DNA of 64,000 bases, from NCBI GenBank assembly GCA_040954595.2, contig CM082582.2, forward strand, positions 8,919,483-8,983,482, given 5' to 3'. The DNA comes from Balanoglossus misakiensis. Taxonomy: Eukaryota > Animalia > Hemichordata. Below the pieces are notes generated by a model, which had not been told where the DNA came from, did no database searches, and saw only the letters and a program-made list of their open reading frames with translations. Shown here one piece after another: positions 39,901 to 54,967 of this stretch (positions are counted from its first letter, which is position 1; each line of letters opens with the position of its first letter). Both the position numbers and the translations under genes were made by a program.

Positions 39901-40431
39901 TAATACCATTATTATTAACAGTGCAAGATGTCGTGCATTGTGTAGTTGACCGAGTTCAGGCCTACTGATCGAATTAAGCTGGCCCAGTTGCGCTATAATT
40001 TAGGGCAGAGCGTTGACCTTTTTCTGTTCAGTGGTGGTGACCTTATTCTATGAATAGATCAATGTCAAGCTTGTGTACAAGTCACCCAACTCCCAGTAAA
40101 AGGGTATCCCTAAACAACAATAATATATATTTGATCTGTCGCCGGGCTGGCATTATGGGTGTTAATACATATCCCCGACCTCCGATGCCTTCTTTTTATC
40201 TCGGTAGTCAAGGATTCATGCAAATATCTCCTCAGCAAGGGAAAGTCTACGTGACCGGGCAACTTCCAGACGTAACGCAATACTCTGATGATTATCAGCT
40301 CAAAACAAGACAGAAACCGATGCTATGTTTCGTTACCTGGACCTCGCTGAAAGGACAGAGATGGATCCCTTCGTGTGGTGTTGTTTAAGGGCCGAAGAGG
40401 CAAGAGTTTTCGCGCAGTTTCGCAGTGCCAT
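36915..40431 (-). CDS. GOT2: Mitochondrial aspartate aminotransferase, ~11 exons
   Basis: Basic presequence [19 protein letters not shown]..., [76 protein letters not shown] (PLP lysine), [20 protein letters not shown]. Confidence 0.96.
37084..37181. repeat. Short inverted-repeat (MITE-like) element in a GOT2 intron
   Basis: GTATCAGGAT...TACCCCCCCTGG ... CCAGGGGGTGTCTGTCCTAGAAC; ends shared with the element at 38301-38359. Confidence 0.5.
38301..38359. repeat. Short inverted-repeat (MITE-like) element in a GOT2 intron
   Basis: AGGATAGTCACCCCCTGGA / TCCACGGGGGTACAGTCCT imperfect inverted arms, ending TCCTAGAAC as in the 37084 copy. Confidence 0.5.
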
Positions 40432-40585
40432 GTTTGTCCCTGGATGTGGTGACCGCTACTCGACCCACGTTCAGATGATTACAAATCTCGTGGTTTCACG
40501 CTTTCGGTTCGCAAAGCTCTCCGTGCGTTCTTCGTGGATCACGTGACTATCTTTACGAGACTACGTGGTGTCAAAGGTGACAAAC
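40432..40585. promoter_or_regulatory. Bidirectional promoter GOT2/NDUFAF6
   Basis: 154 nt between divergent ATGs, CpG-rich, palindromic E-box TCACGTGA near 40539-40546; NDUFAF6 start context AAACATGGCGGC resembles YY1/TISU. Confidence 0.65.
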
Positions 40586-42608
40586 ATGGCGGCCTCCATA
40601 AGATTTTGTCGACTGCACGGGGGCGGGGCGATGTTATTGAGATGTAGGCGGGTTAGCTCTTTAATTTTGGTCTACAGGCCTGAAGTAAGGTGGTCATCCT
40701 CTAAACTGTCGTCGAATGAGCAAATGTGCCTGAATATTGTTAAGTAAGTGGCATCTGAATAGCGTATTATATTTTGACCTCGCCATTGAAATTCGAGGCC
40801 AACACATCTGAATGCTCGCAAGGTCACTGGTCAAATCTGGTGTACCGTTGCCATGGCCATGATCAGAGTATATGCCGTGAATAGCAATTTAGCATAACAT
40901 CGTGATACATGTATATGAGAGTGCAGCGTCACGGGATAAAATAGAGTAAAGAAAAAGAAATATATACAACCTATGTCCTTGTTTTGTCAAATACTATACT
41001 GCTTGGTGAAACAGTTTTTCAGGCCCCAAAAATGTCTTTCCCAATTCAATATTTTTACCATACTAGGAAACAAGACTTTGACAACTACCTGTGCACACTT
41101 CTATTACCAGAAGACGCTCGGGCAGCAACATTTGCAACACGGGCATTCAATGTTGAACTGGCCTCTGTCATGGACAATGTCTCCGAGAGGATGATTGGGA
41201 AAATGAGGATGCAATTCTGGAGGGAAGTCATCAATGAAATATACCAGGTATTGCTGGAGAGAACCCCGTTTTCTCAGCTAACTCACACACAGCGTTAAAT
41301 TTTAATTGAAGTATTAGTGTTTTGATGTTTCTTACAAATATCTCCACTTAATGCACTGTACTTTCTATTTTCCATCTCTTTGCTAGGGATCACCGAGAGA
41401 GACACCAGTAGTAAAGGAGCTGTACAGAGCTGTTGTGAAACATAAATTATCAAAGCGGTGGTTTACAAGGATTATCGACAGCAGGGTATGAATAAGTATG
41501 AGTAGTTGTTCAATATTGTGGATCAATGACTCGCGGTTCATTACCTTTCGGTATATGTTCGGCAATCCTAACCTTGAATAATTTTTGTTTCAGGATGCTA
41601 ATCTAGAAGATAAAAATTATAGAACATTATCTGAAGTTGAAGAGTATGCAGAGCAGACTTCATCATCATTGTTATACCTCACCTTAGAGTCATTGGGTAT
41701 GTATAAATAAGCACTGGGGTGGAATTGATGTGTGATGGTTATAAAGGCAGGTTGTCATCAGCGAAGAGTATAGCCGGGCACTCCAGTGAAGCTGTTGTCA
41801 TCTTCTTAGCTCTTTCTGTCAAGGATAATGTTTTCGGACAAGTCGTTCATCTTGTGAAGTTCTTCATCTGCAACAGTGATTCATCGCAATTTTCTTTTAT
41901 CTAGGCTTGCAGAATGTACATGCAGACCATGCAGCCAGTCACATCGGCAAATCCCAAGGAATTGTCACCTTGCTGAGAGCTACCCCATACCACGCCACCA
42001 GACGGAAAGTTTACTTACCAATGGAACTTCTTGTACAGGTGAAGTCATTAAACTTAGATATATGTTAATTTGCTAGAATGAAGTTGTACACAAATACTGG
42101 CAGTGATAATATGAATGATTATGTAATAATGAATGCTTTTTTCTTCCGTATCTCCTGGATATTTTTGTAACATCACAGCATGGTCTTCCTGAAGAACAGA
42201 TCATTAGGGGCAAGGTGGATCAGAAATTAAAAGATGTAATCTATGAGATTGCAAGCCAGGGTCATGTACAGCTGCAAAAGGTGGGTGATTTAAATTTATC
42301 AGTTTGTTCAACATTATAGCATAACTTTGTTCTCTATGGAACAAAATGCTAATTTAAGAAGTTTTGAAGCATGTAAGTTTGAATTGCCAGTTTATTAACA
42401 CACTATTTGTGGTGCTTTTCAGGCAAGATCCTTGAAGAAACACGTTCCAAGGGAAGCCCTGCCTGCTCTCTTAGCGACTGTTCCAATCGCAAATTACCTG
42501 AAGAAATTACAGAAGGCAGACTTTAATGTGTTTCATCCCAGTCTCCAGCAAAGGAACACAATGCTGGCATTCTCACTCTGGGTGCAGTCCGTGCGGAAAA
42601 CGTACTGA
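40586..42608 (+). CDS. NDUFAF6: Complex I assembly factor 6 (squalene/phytoene-synthase-like fold), 7 exons
   Basis: Presequence [10 protein letters not shown]..., [89 protein letters not shown]; TGA at 42606-42608. Confidence 0.93.
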
Positions 42609-43515
42609 ATGAGAACTCTGCTCTTCTCTTGTTTTACATGGGATATGCTTGACAGAGGAAACATCGGGAGTGTACCACACTGAAATTTCACATAGCTTGT
42701 GTGTAATTGTTTGGGGTTACCCCCAGTAGCTGTTTAAAGATCTGAAGTACCATACTAGTAATACAGCTTGCATTTTATGTCATGAATAATTTATACAGCT
42801 TATTCAATTTACAAGCCATATTTGAGCCAGTAATTTTTGTTTGTAAATAAAATGAAGTAAAAGCACTTGACTGATTGTTGCAAATGACTTGTTCCTCTGC
42901 CAAAGTACGATAAAATAAAGGCTTTGTACAAGTAATTGTGCTGACAATTGCTAGGTACACATTTTATACAAACCCAACAGAAACATCCCAAACATCGATC
43001 ACAATAAGAAACACTCACTCAATGTCATTGGTATTGCTGCAAAGAAAAGTACTTTTTTAATACACTAAACTTGAGTCACTGTCTTAATTCTCAGTACACA
43101 CATTTCTACAAATTTGGTACAGAACAAAATATATTTATGATTTAAAAACAAAACGAAATTGCTTTGGCATGGCTAACACAGGTATTCAAGTGGTCTTGAG
43201 CAAGCCGAAGGTACAGCTCACACATTTGGCAGCCAAGTGACAGCCTCTTGCTGGCTGAACAGCATCCGATCTTGCTGAAAACCCTACCATCCCATCCCTG
43301 CTTCCCTCTCTTGAGTTACACTGTGCTCTCAACAGCAGAAAATGTCCATAAATGAGCTGAATAACTTTCATATAAAATAATATTGCACAATATATTATAT
43401 AAATTTATATATATACATTTGTATATGTTACAATAAAACAAAGAAATGGCTAGAAGTCAACGCTGTACATCACTACACAGTTTACAATAAAAATAATCGT
43501 CCTACATGCACCTCT

Positions 43516-46286
<2,771 letters not shown>

Positions 46287-46576
46287 TATGTAAACACTGC
46301 TCCTGTTGATCACATCGACCAGGAGCGATGAGAGGTCATCCTGGGTCACGGTGTTATTTGTAACACATTTTTCGCCATTTAATGTTCCACTGGTAAAATG
46401 ATAAAACTACATAGTTTATACACAAAATAATAATAATCATCAACATTTTTATGATTTTGATAATTTTTATGATTTTGAACCAAAGTTAGCGTAAAAATAA
46501 ATTTTAACCCCTGATTATTTTCTCTTCGTATGCACAGTCTGCGAATGTTACCATACCCAGCATTCTTGCTCCCATA
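46287..46576. promoter_or_regulatory. Bidirectional promoter morgue/TTC5
   Basis: 290 nt between divergent ATGs. Confidence 0.55.
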
Positions 46577-49392
46577 ATGGCGGAAAGTGCGAATTCTTCG
46601 GGCGATGGAGTCGATGGCTTGAAAATTGCACAGGTGTGTACCGCTTGACTAAATCCTGCATTCTTGTTGGTTGTTGCCGCTTAGACATGCTACACGTTGA
46701 TCGCGTGTGTTTTCACGCACCCTGCAATCAGTGAGTTTACTGTTGACAAAATGCTGTGCTCATTTCAGAATGAAATACATTTTGTATGTACATGTACATG
46801 AAGGTGTCACGACATGTATGATGTAGGTGTTGACTAAGCAAACATCTTCAAATAATAAGTTCATTGCTGTTTCAGGATGCTGTTGACAAATTGTATGAAT
46901 TTCGAGATCACTACTTTGAGAGGAATGATCTTGACAGAGCAATACACAAAACAGAAGATGTATCCAATGAGATGGAGAAGACTTTGTCAGTGCTGAACAA
47001 CCTTCAAGGTACAAATGTACTCATTTATTGGAGACACAGATTGCTGCAAAAATCTTTTCCTAACTTTTAGACAGGTTTGTTTGTGTGATCACTATGATAA
47101 AAAATACAGGCAAACGTCAACAAGATAAGGAAAAGGTGAAACTGAAAGTGACTAAAATTTTCTGTTCACAGAAAGAGTTCACAATAAAGCATTGTATTTA
47201 ATGCTTCAAGGGAAAACATTGAATGTACTTCCCAAGTATGATCCCGGCGCATACGACGCCCTATCCAGAGCTGTCAAACTGGACCCGAAGCTTGTTGAGG
47301 CGTGGAATCAGCTGGGTGAATGCTACTGGAAAAACAAAGATGTAGAAGCCGCCAGAAATTGCTTCACGGGAGCTTTAAATCATGTATGTACAGTGGTATC
47401 ACATTGTTTCTGTGACAGTCAAATTAAACTTGATAATTCACTATCAATTTCTTATGATCTCATTCTCAAAATGTATCATTAAATACCCAGGACACTTTTT
47501 CACTTCATTGATTGTTTTGGTCACATTGCTTGCTTTCACAGTCCAGGAACAAAGTGTCCTTGAGAAATCTGTCAATGGTGCTCAGGCAGCTTGGGTCTGA
47601 TCCATCAGAAAAAATCAAGCACATTCAAGAAAGCGTGGAAATCGCTAAAGAAGCAGTTCAGATGGACATTTCAGATGGCATATCATGGTGTGAGTATAAT
47701 GGCAAATGCAGTGATATAGAACTAGTCCTGGGGGATTTGTGGTGTGGAAATGCAGAAAACGATGCCAAGTTATCAGTGCTAACTGATTTAGTGTGTATTC
47801 AACTTCTTCTTATTTACAGTCATACTGGGAAATGCCTACTTATCATTTTTCTTTGCCTCCGGCCAAAATCCTCAGATACTCAGACAGTGTTTGCGTGCTT
47901 ATGTGCAAGCTGTAAGTAGAATTTTAATGTACATACCCCAAAAAGTGCCAATTCATGAAGGGATGCCAAAATTGTATGAATTGATCATTTTGAGATGAGT
48001 GGATTAAATCATAAATTCAGCAAATAGGAGTCCCTCTGGTCAACGTGTGCAATGAGTTCTGAAAACCAAACTTCAATTTTTGTTCCAGGAAAGAGACAGT
48101 GTTGCCAATTGCAATCCAGATTTACACTATAATAGATCTATAGTAAGTATTAATCCTTTGACCATATAGAAATACATTGTTCATATCCTTGCAGGTGGAG
48201 CTGAATTTGAGTTGAATTTTCTCATAATGTTATTGATGGTTGTGTTGTAAGTAGTGTAGTGTGTTCATTTACAACATCCTTGAAATTTAATTTGTTGACA
48301 GTTTTCATGTTGGTGTTGACATCTCTCAACTGAACTTTTGTCCACAATGCAGGCATACAAATACCAGGAAGAGTACCAACTAGCCTTGATTGGATTTGCC
48401 AGGGCAAGTGCACTAGAACCCACGTGGCAGGAATCGCGGGATAAATTAAACCAACTGATCGATTACCTGGCAAAGGTCACAGATCTGGTCAACCACAAGG
48501 TTTGCTGCTATGTCCATTCATTCTTGGTGCTCCATTTACACACTATTTTTTTTATTCGGCTACGCTGCTAACCTTGTGATTAAATCTTGCTCCACAGGGA
48601 AGGGTGAAATCAAAGAGGCTACAAGGGATGCTCAAAGCAATCGGTGACAAAGATTTGGGTCCCTATGGTGGTGGGTCATACACCAGTCATACAGGCGACA
48701 CGGTCAAACTGGAAAGTGTACCGCTCTCCCTGTTAGCTGTTGGACTGAACAAAGAGAAAGTTGTACTCGGGAAGGTCGTCTGCAGTGTGGCCATCGAAGA
48801 ACCAATACCATTGTAAGTAGTGCATCTGTTGTCTGTACATAGTCAGTGATGCCAAATTCCGAGGTGGGAGGGACTGTGGTTTGCGTAACCGAGTAAACAA
48901 CGTATTCTCATATAAACAGGACAACCGCATCGACTTCACTTCAGTGTCTTTCTCTCTCCCCCCTCTCTCTAAAGTACATTTGCCATGGTAGACAAAGAAG
49001 GGACATGCTTTGCAGTGACGGTGTATAATATTGCACAGGGTTACGGTGTGATCATTGGTGACTCTGTGGCAATACCAGAACCCTATGCACAACTGAATGA
49101 AGTGGAACATGATGGCAAGGTGAGAAATCTAATGCAATATGGACAAGATTTTATCAAGTTCAGCGATTTTATTACTAGCACCATGATGATGATTTTACTT
49201 TGAAATTAATATGCTTACTTGTGTCGTCGTGAAGTAATATTAACATTAAATATTTTTATTCTATCTCATCAGGCCTTCAAATTTTACAGCTTAAGGGTGG
49301 AGACCCCGATGGTCATGGTCGTCAATGGGAAGAAGTTGGGAGTTGAAAAACAGGCACCGTCTGTGCTTTCAGTCAGCACAAAAAGCGAGTAA
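46577..49392 (+). CDS. TTC5: Tetratricopeptide repeat protein 5, ~10 exons
   Basis: [74 protein letters not shown]-terminal OB fold ([29 protein letters not shown]). Confidence 0.94.
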
Positions 49393-50402
49393 GGGCAACA
49401 CAGGCTCAGGAAAAGTATCGTCAAGATGCTTACAAAATCAGTGCCTAAACACGTGACCGTATTTTTTTTCTACAGCCAGCTATTGGTGCAAAAGCTTCAT
49501 ATCTTAGTGCATTTCTGTAATGTGATATGTATAATTTGCAATGTAAAATTCTTTTTTTGATTTTTAAAACATCAACTACATCATGCATCAATCATACATT
49601 GATCAACTAGTGATTTACTGGTAATTTAAATTTACGATACCATGATTTCGATTAGATCTTTGTACCTCTGTTATGATTCAGTAAAATTCATTTGCAAGTG
49701 TGCTTTTTTCATTGCAATGTAGGTTTTTGTCTAGAGTTCTGATACATTTCAAGTGCACAAATGTTGAGCACTATCTGTGACAATGCGATTGTCAACTTTT
49801 TATATGTAATATTTCAAACTGGATGTAAAATGTCTTGTAATATTTTCAGTGTATATGCTTGAATTTTTCACGAGTGCTTATTTATTAAAAATATTTTTTA
49901 ACCAGCAATCATGTTTGCATTCTTTCTTTCACTTGAAACGCCTGAAAACAAGGATGACCGACTTGTTCCCGGAGAACTCAAGTTCAACTCTTTTGCAAAT
50001 GGCTTCCTCTTTCTCTCAGAAAAGAACAAGCAAACTCAGTTGCTGAAGGATTTAACACTGATGCACTTATTTTTCTACGCTGACTGCAAAGTCATGACAA
50101 TACTCACCTGAGTCCAGTCATGTACATTGCTACTTGTTATGAAAAGAAACAAGTACAGAACAAACAAAATCTATCAAACACGTTATTTACACATCCACCC
50201 AATCTCGAGTGGTTTTCACAAAGAGAAGTTCAGTCATATACTCAAGAATCCTCACTGACTTATCCACCCCAATAAAGGAAATGGTACCACCCAGACTTTT
50301 TTTCAACTCGGGGCCAGATCATCACATGGGGAGCAACTTTGCGAAATGAAAACGGGGGTGACAGGCTCCTCCTTGTAACCAGATGCTGAATGATGCAGAT
50401 TT

Positions 50403-53042
50403 TTATTTCGCCTTCTTTCTGACAGGTTTTCCGGCCGCAGTTGACATCGGCTGCCCAGCTGCTTTCAAGTGTGTAGGGTCGTAGTAAAAGGTCTGTGGCA
50501 CCGGCCCAGTGCCAGCTTCTTTGAACTTTCTGGACAAGTTTCTCTCACGTTCTTCAACATCGTATGCCGACTGGGCATTTTTCCATCCTGTACACGAAAG
50601 AAGAGTTTAAACACTTAAAAAAAGACAGCAGGCACACATTTGCTTTTCTGAGATGTTTCAATTCATATACATGTACGTGTACCCACCATCTTTCATTGTT
50701 TTGACCAAGCCTTTGGACTTCTGGACTTCGTCTGGTTTGTGTTTGATGAGCTGAGGAATTCCCAGGAATGTTCTCACTTTCGGAACCTTCAGCAAACCCA
50801 CTTGGAAGAGTGTGATGAGGTTCGATGTACACCAATATGTAAAAATTGCCTGCAAATGGATGGATGAAAAATATAATGTCACATCTAATATGTAACTTGC
50901 CACATGCAAGGCAGATAATTAACCACCTCTGGCTTGTCAGACTGTAATTTTAACTTTAAAAAAAATTCTGGGAGGTTGACAAAATTGTGTTTCTTTTGAC
51001 AAGTAAAAGCAATCTACAACGAGTGATTACTTACTGTGGGCATTGAGTATATGAATGGCAGTATGGCTATTGGCATTATCCTCAAGACTGACTTCACATT
51101 CTGCACTTGTGGATTCTGAACACCTGTCTCCCCTCCCAGCTGAAAAGGGACAAAAGCATTAGGAGTCACACGATAACATGCCAAACTAAAGGCTATCGTC
51201 ATCACAGGAGCTGAAATATGTACTGGTGTTCCTGTAAACTCTGAGTGTTTTCGTTAAGGGCAGTACCCACGTAAATGTAACTGACAGAATTCAAAAACGT
51301 CTCAGAATGTGACAGTATGGATACATGTACACTGAATACTCACCTCAATAGATGCCAACATGGTCAAGCTGGCTGCAACTGGGAGAATGAAGTAAGGATC
51401 TGCTATCGTCAGATCATGAAACCAAAACAGCCCTCCACTTTGCATACTCCCCACCGGCAAAGTTGCCATTTTTCGGAGTCCAATGAAGAAGGAAATAAAT
51501 ACGGGTGCCTAAAAGAGGGACAATAATGCCGGAACAAAATGGTTATTTTTCTAACAGCGAGCAGCTGTCTACCTGAGAGTTCAAAGAAAACAGATGGTAT
51601 TACGACACATGAATATTACTGTGCATGTGCAATGGTATTACGTGTGCACTCACCTGTACAAGAGGAATAATGAAATTTTTCAAAGGGTTGACTTTATGGG
51701 TTTTCATGAAAGTCTGGAGTTCATGACTTGCTTTCATTACTGAAATGAAAAGAACAAACACATAGATGCATTGAATTCACTGCATAATAATGATGATATT
51801 TTCACCCCACAATTGTGCCTGATTAGTAGCTTTTTCCTTCTTTCACTACTTACTTTCCACTTGGCTGCCACTTTTCCTTGCCTCTGTCATCTTAGTCCCC
51901 AATCTCTGCATGGTGGGCATCACATTATTCAGCTTGGCGGAATTCCTCTGTCCTTTTATCACAACAGGGAATATCAACACCCTGGCTATGAGCGTACCTG
52001 TGTGTGTAAGGTGAGATTTTTTAGTAGAAATAGCATTTGCTATATTTGGAGCAAACCAACAATTTGCCAACTTGTCTTCAGACTGCTGCATACTTCCCTT
52101 TATTTTCAAACAGACCACACTATGATTGCATGATGATTTTCAAACACAAGCTGTCTTACCTAAAGCAATCGCACCCCACCACGGAAGCCCGACGTCCATG
52201 TGTAAAAACTCCAGGGCATTCTGTATGAGGCCAACAGGAGTCCAACCACCAAGGCCTAACTCCGAGAAGGGCACATCGGTCACTTGCTGGGCTACTTCTG
52301 GTGCTGGGACTGACGGTATTGCTAAGGGGTCTACTGGTGTTACTGTTAACGGGTCTATTGGTAACACCTTGGGAAAATATATCACAAATTATTATCATGT
52401 AATCACACAATACTCAAAATGGAAGGCTGCTGAATATCATACAACTGCATGTTTATAAAGGTGACCATTCTTACTTTATCAGTTGCATCTGTGATTGCTG
52501 GTGGTGCCAACGTTGCATCACCGCTGCTGTACCTTACAGCTGTGCTGGCACCGAGAGTCCTCCAGTGTCTTGATGTGAGATTTGTCTTCATGCCATGACG
52601 CAAGTTGGAGTGTACAAACAAAACCTGCCTTCCTCGCAAAGAGTGAAGGTTTCTTGCAGTCTAGCGGGACAAAAAGAGAACCATTCTTTTCAGTTATGCA
52701 ACTCAGAGAGTGTTGGGGCTAACCGTGGGGCTACGGCACACCATGGAGGTACTAGAACCTCCATGGGCACACGCACACTCTACACATGGCGCACGCAGTA
52801 AATGTACACACTGCAGTGCGTGTACGCATGGAGTACGTGACGTGCAGTGACCACCAACGGCGGCGTGGTTTCTCTCGTTTTACCGTCACCGACACATAAT
52901 ATCGCAATTCCAGGGACCCGCTCTTATGCTTTGATTCTCCATAGAGCATGACATTGAAATGTAACCGACTTACTAGTTTTGTAAATGTTCCATTTGTAAA
53001 ACACCTCAGACAAATCCCACGCCGACTTACGATGGCCGCCAT
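50403..53042 (-). CDS. OXA1L: Mitochondrial inner-membrane insertase Oxa1
   Basis: Presequence [115 protein letters not shown]-terminal [12 protein letters not shown]. Confidence 0.93.
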
Positions 53043-53296
53043 GATTCTTTCTGGACACAGAGAGTAGTGTATGATTAGCAAATCGTGGGTTCGACTAATA
53101 ACAAGTATTCTTATTCTAAGAGAAACTAATTACCAAATTTACTGTTCGAAGATAGAGATGCATCATAAATCATTTTATAATTATCTGGAGGCATTTTTAT
53201 TATATTTTTCTAATTTGGTACCGAAGAAACATGTAAAATCTGCTGCATAGTGGAAAAGGCCTAGCGCCACCACATGACTAATATTATAAAGCGAAA
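53043..53296. promoter_or_regulatory. Bidirectional promoter OXA1L/SLC7A6OS
   Basis: 254 nt between divergent ATGs; both starts lie in YY1-like ATGGCRGCC contexts. Confidence 0.55.
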
Positions 53297-54967
53297 ATGG
53301 CAGCCGTAATACGAGTGAAACGAAAACGTACTGCGGATCCCGCAGATACACTGGTTCTGTCGTGTAAGAAGTCAAAACAAATCGAAAAGGGCACTTCTGG
53401 AGGGGGTAGTGCTGAGCCCACGGATATCAGTAATTTGTTTCGATTTGCAGGGACTGTCAGAACACCGGTAAGAACGTCGTAGCTTGATGTAAACAAATCA
53501 TGTCAGTGATAATGATGAGCCATCTTTGCTGACATTCCTGTTTTTGGTATGAATGTAAGGAATTCGGCCATATGTGAAGTCGCACACACGAAAAACATCA
53601 ATTGTTTGTCATGATCATCATTCCATTAGCCTTAGGTTTATTGTTGTGATAACCAGAACCATTACCACCATACTCCTGGCCTCGAAAGCATGATTTTGGG
53701 AGAGGTATTTTCTTGATCAGAAGTTGTTAACGTTGTTTTGTTCTTCCATGTCTTTTATTCATTACAAAACAGAACGAACCAGTTGACAAGATCGAGAGTG
53801 CAATCAAAGTTGCCAAAGAGAACTACAAAAAGAGTGGACACAAGTCGCACATTGAACACATCCATTCTAAAAGCAGAGAACTGAGGAAATCATCTTCCCT
53901 GTCTAGTAGATATAAGGTGGTGTCCGGTAAAAGGGACCTAGCGATTGCTGCTGAGGATAGTACTGATGCAGATAGTCATGTCTCGGACTTGGGACAGGAG
54001 GGCAAAACTGATAAAGGAGACTTGTGCGCCAATAAGGAAAACAGTGTGAGCAATTTACAAGAAAGTGCAAAAGCTGAAGCAGTTGCGGGTAACAGTGCCA
54101 CAGAGAAAGAAATTAGCAGACTGTGTTGTCTGTATGATGTTGTGCAAGAAGAAGATGCAGGGATCAAGCATGCCGGAAAGGTAAGCTGTCTGCTGTGTGT
54201 ACATGTGTTCTGTTCACAGAAATGATCGAATGAAAAATCTTCAAAAATTCCTCTTCTCATATTCCAGCCAAGTCCGGACAAGAGGAAAGCAGCAGCAGCA
54301 GATCCGGATGTCCTGATGTGCAACAACGTTCAGATGATCCGGGAAAAGCTCACGATCGAGGATGAAACAAAGCCTAAGGCACTGGAGCCGGAATACGTCT
54401 ATGACTTGTACTACGCCGACCCAGCCACCCTTGACCTGGACGCCTTGCAGAACATTGTCTCTATTGTTGGATACAGCGAACAGGAATTTGTGTTTGGCCA
54501 TGACGACGATGACAGGATGGAATATCATGGCGATTACGACGATGACAGTAATGATGAAAGTAACTGGAGGAATGACTATCCAGATGAAGATCCAAATTAC
54601 TATGGAGAAGGTGAAGCATATTTTATCTGTCCTGTTCTTACTTCAAAACACATACTCCAGTAAAAGTACACTGCATTGCAAAATGCATTGCAAGCACAGT
54701 AAAAAAACTGGACAAAATACAGGTTTAGAATGCAAACATTCTTTAGTAAACTGACTCGTCCAAATTTATCTTTTGTATTTTCCGTCAGATGGTGAGGTTG
54801 ACTACGAGCACGGCGGTTACCATGGCCACAGAGAACTCTCAAGTGACGATGATGATGAGGACTCTGATGACAACATGGAATATCGACACCGAAGGATTAA
54901 CTACGAATATGAAGGACAAGATTGTGACGAATACCATGACGATAATCATGATGGATTTCTTGTCTAA
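53297..54967 (+). CDS. SLC7A6OS: RNA polymerase II nuclear localisation protein Iwr1/SLC7A6OS, 4 exons
   Basis: N-terminal MAAVIRVKRKRTADPADTLVLSCKK; LMCNNVQMIREKL; EYVYDLYY; Iwr1 motif DDDSNDESNWRNDYPDED; acidic tail. Confidence 0.9.

Noticed and set aside
52741-52766. CCATGGAGGT...ACCTCCATGG palindrome, with similar small hairpins at 61080-61108 and 19198-19233
   Set aside because: Too short to assign a function; probably remnants of small palindromic repeats, and not prokaryotic terminators in this context.
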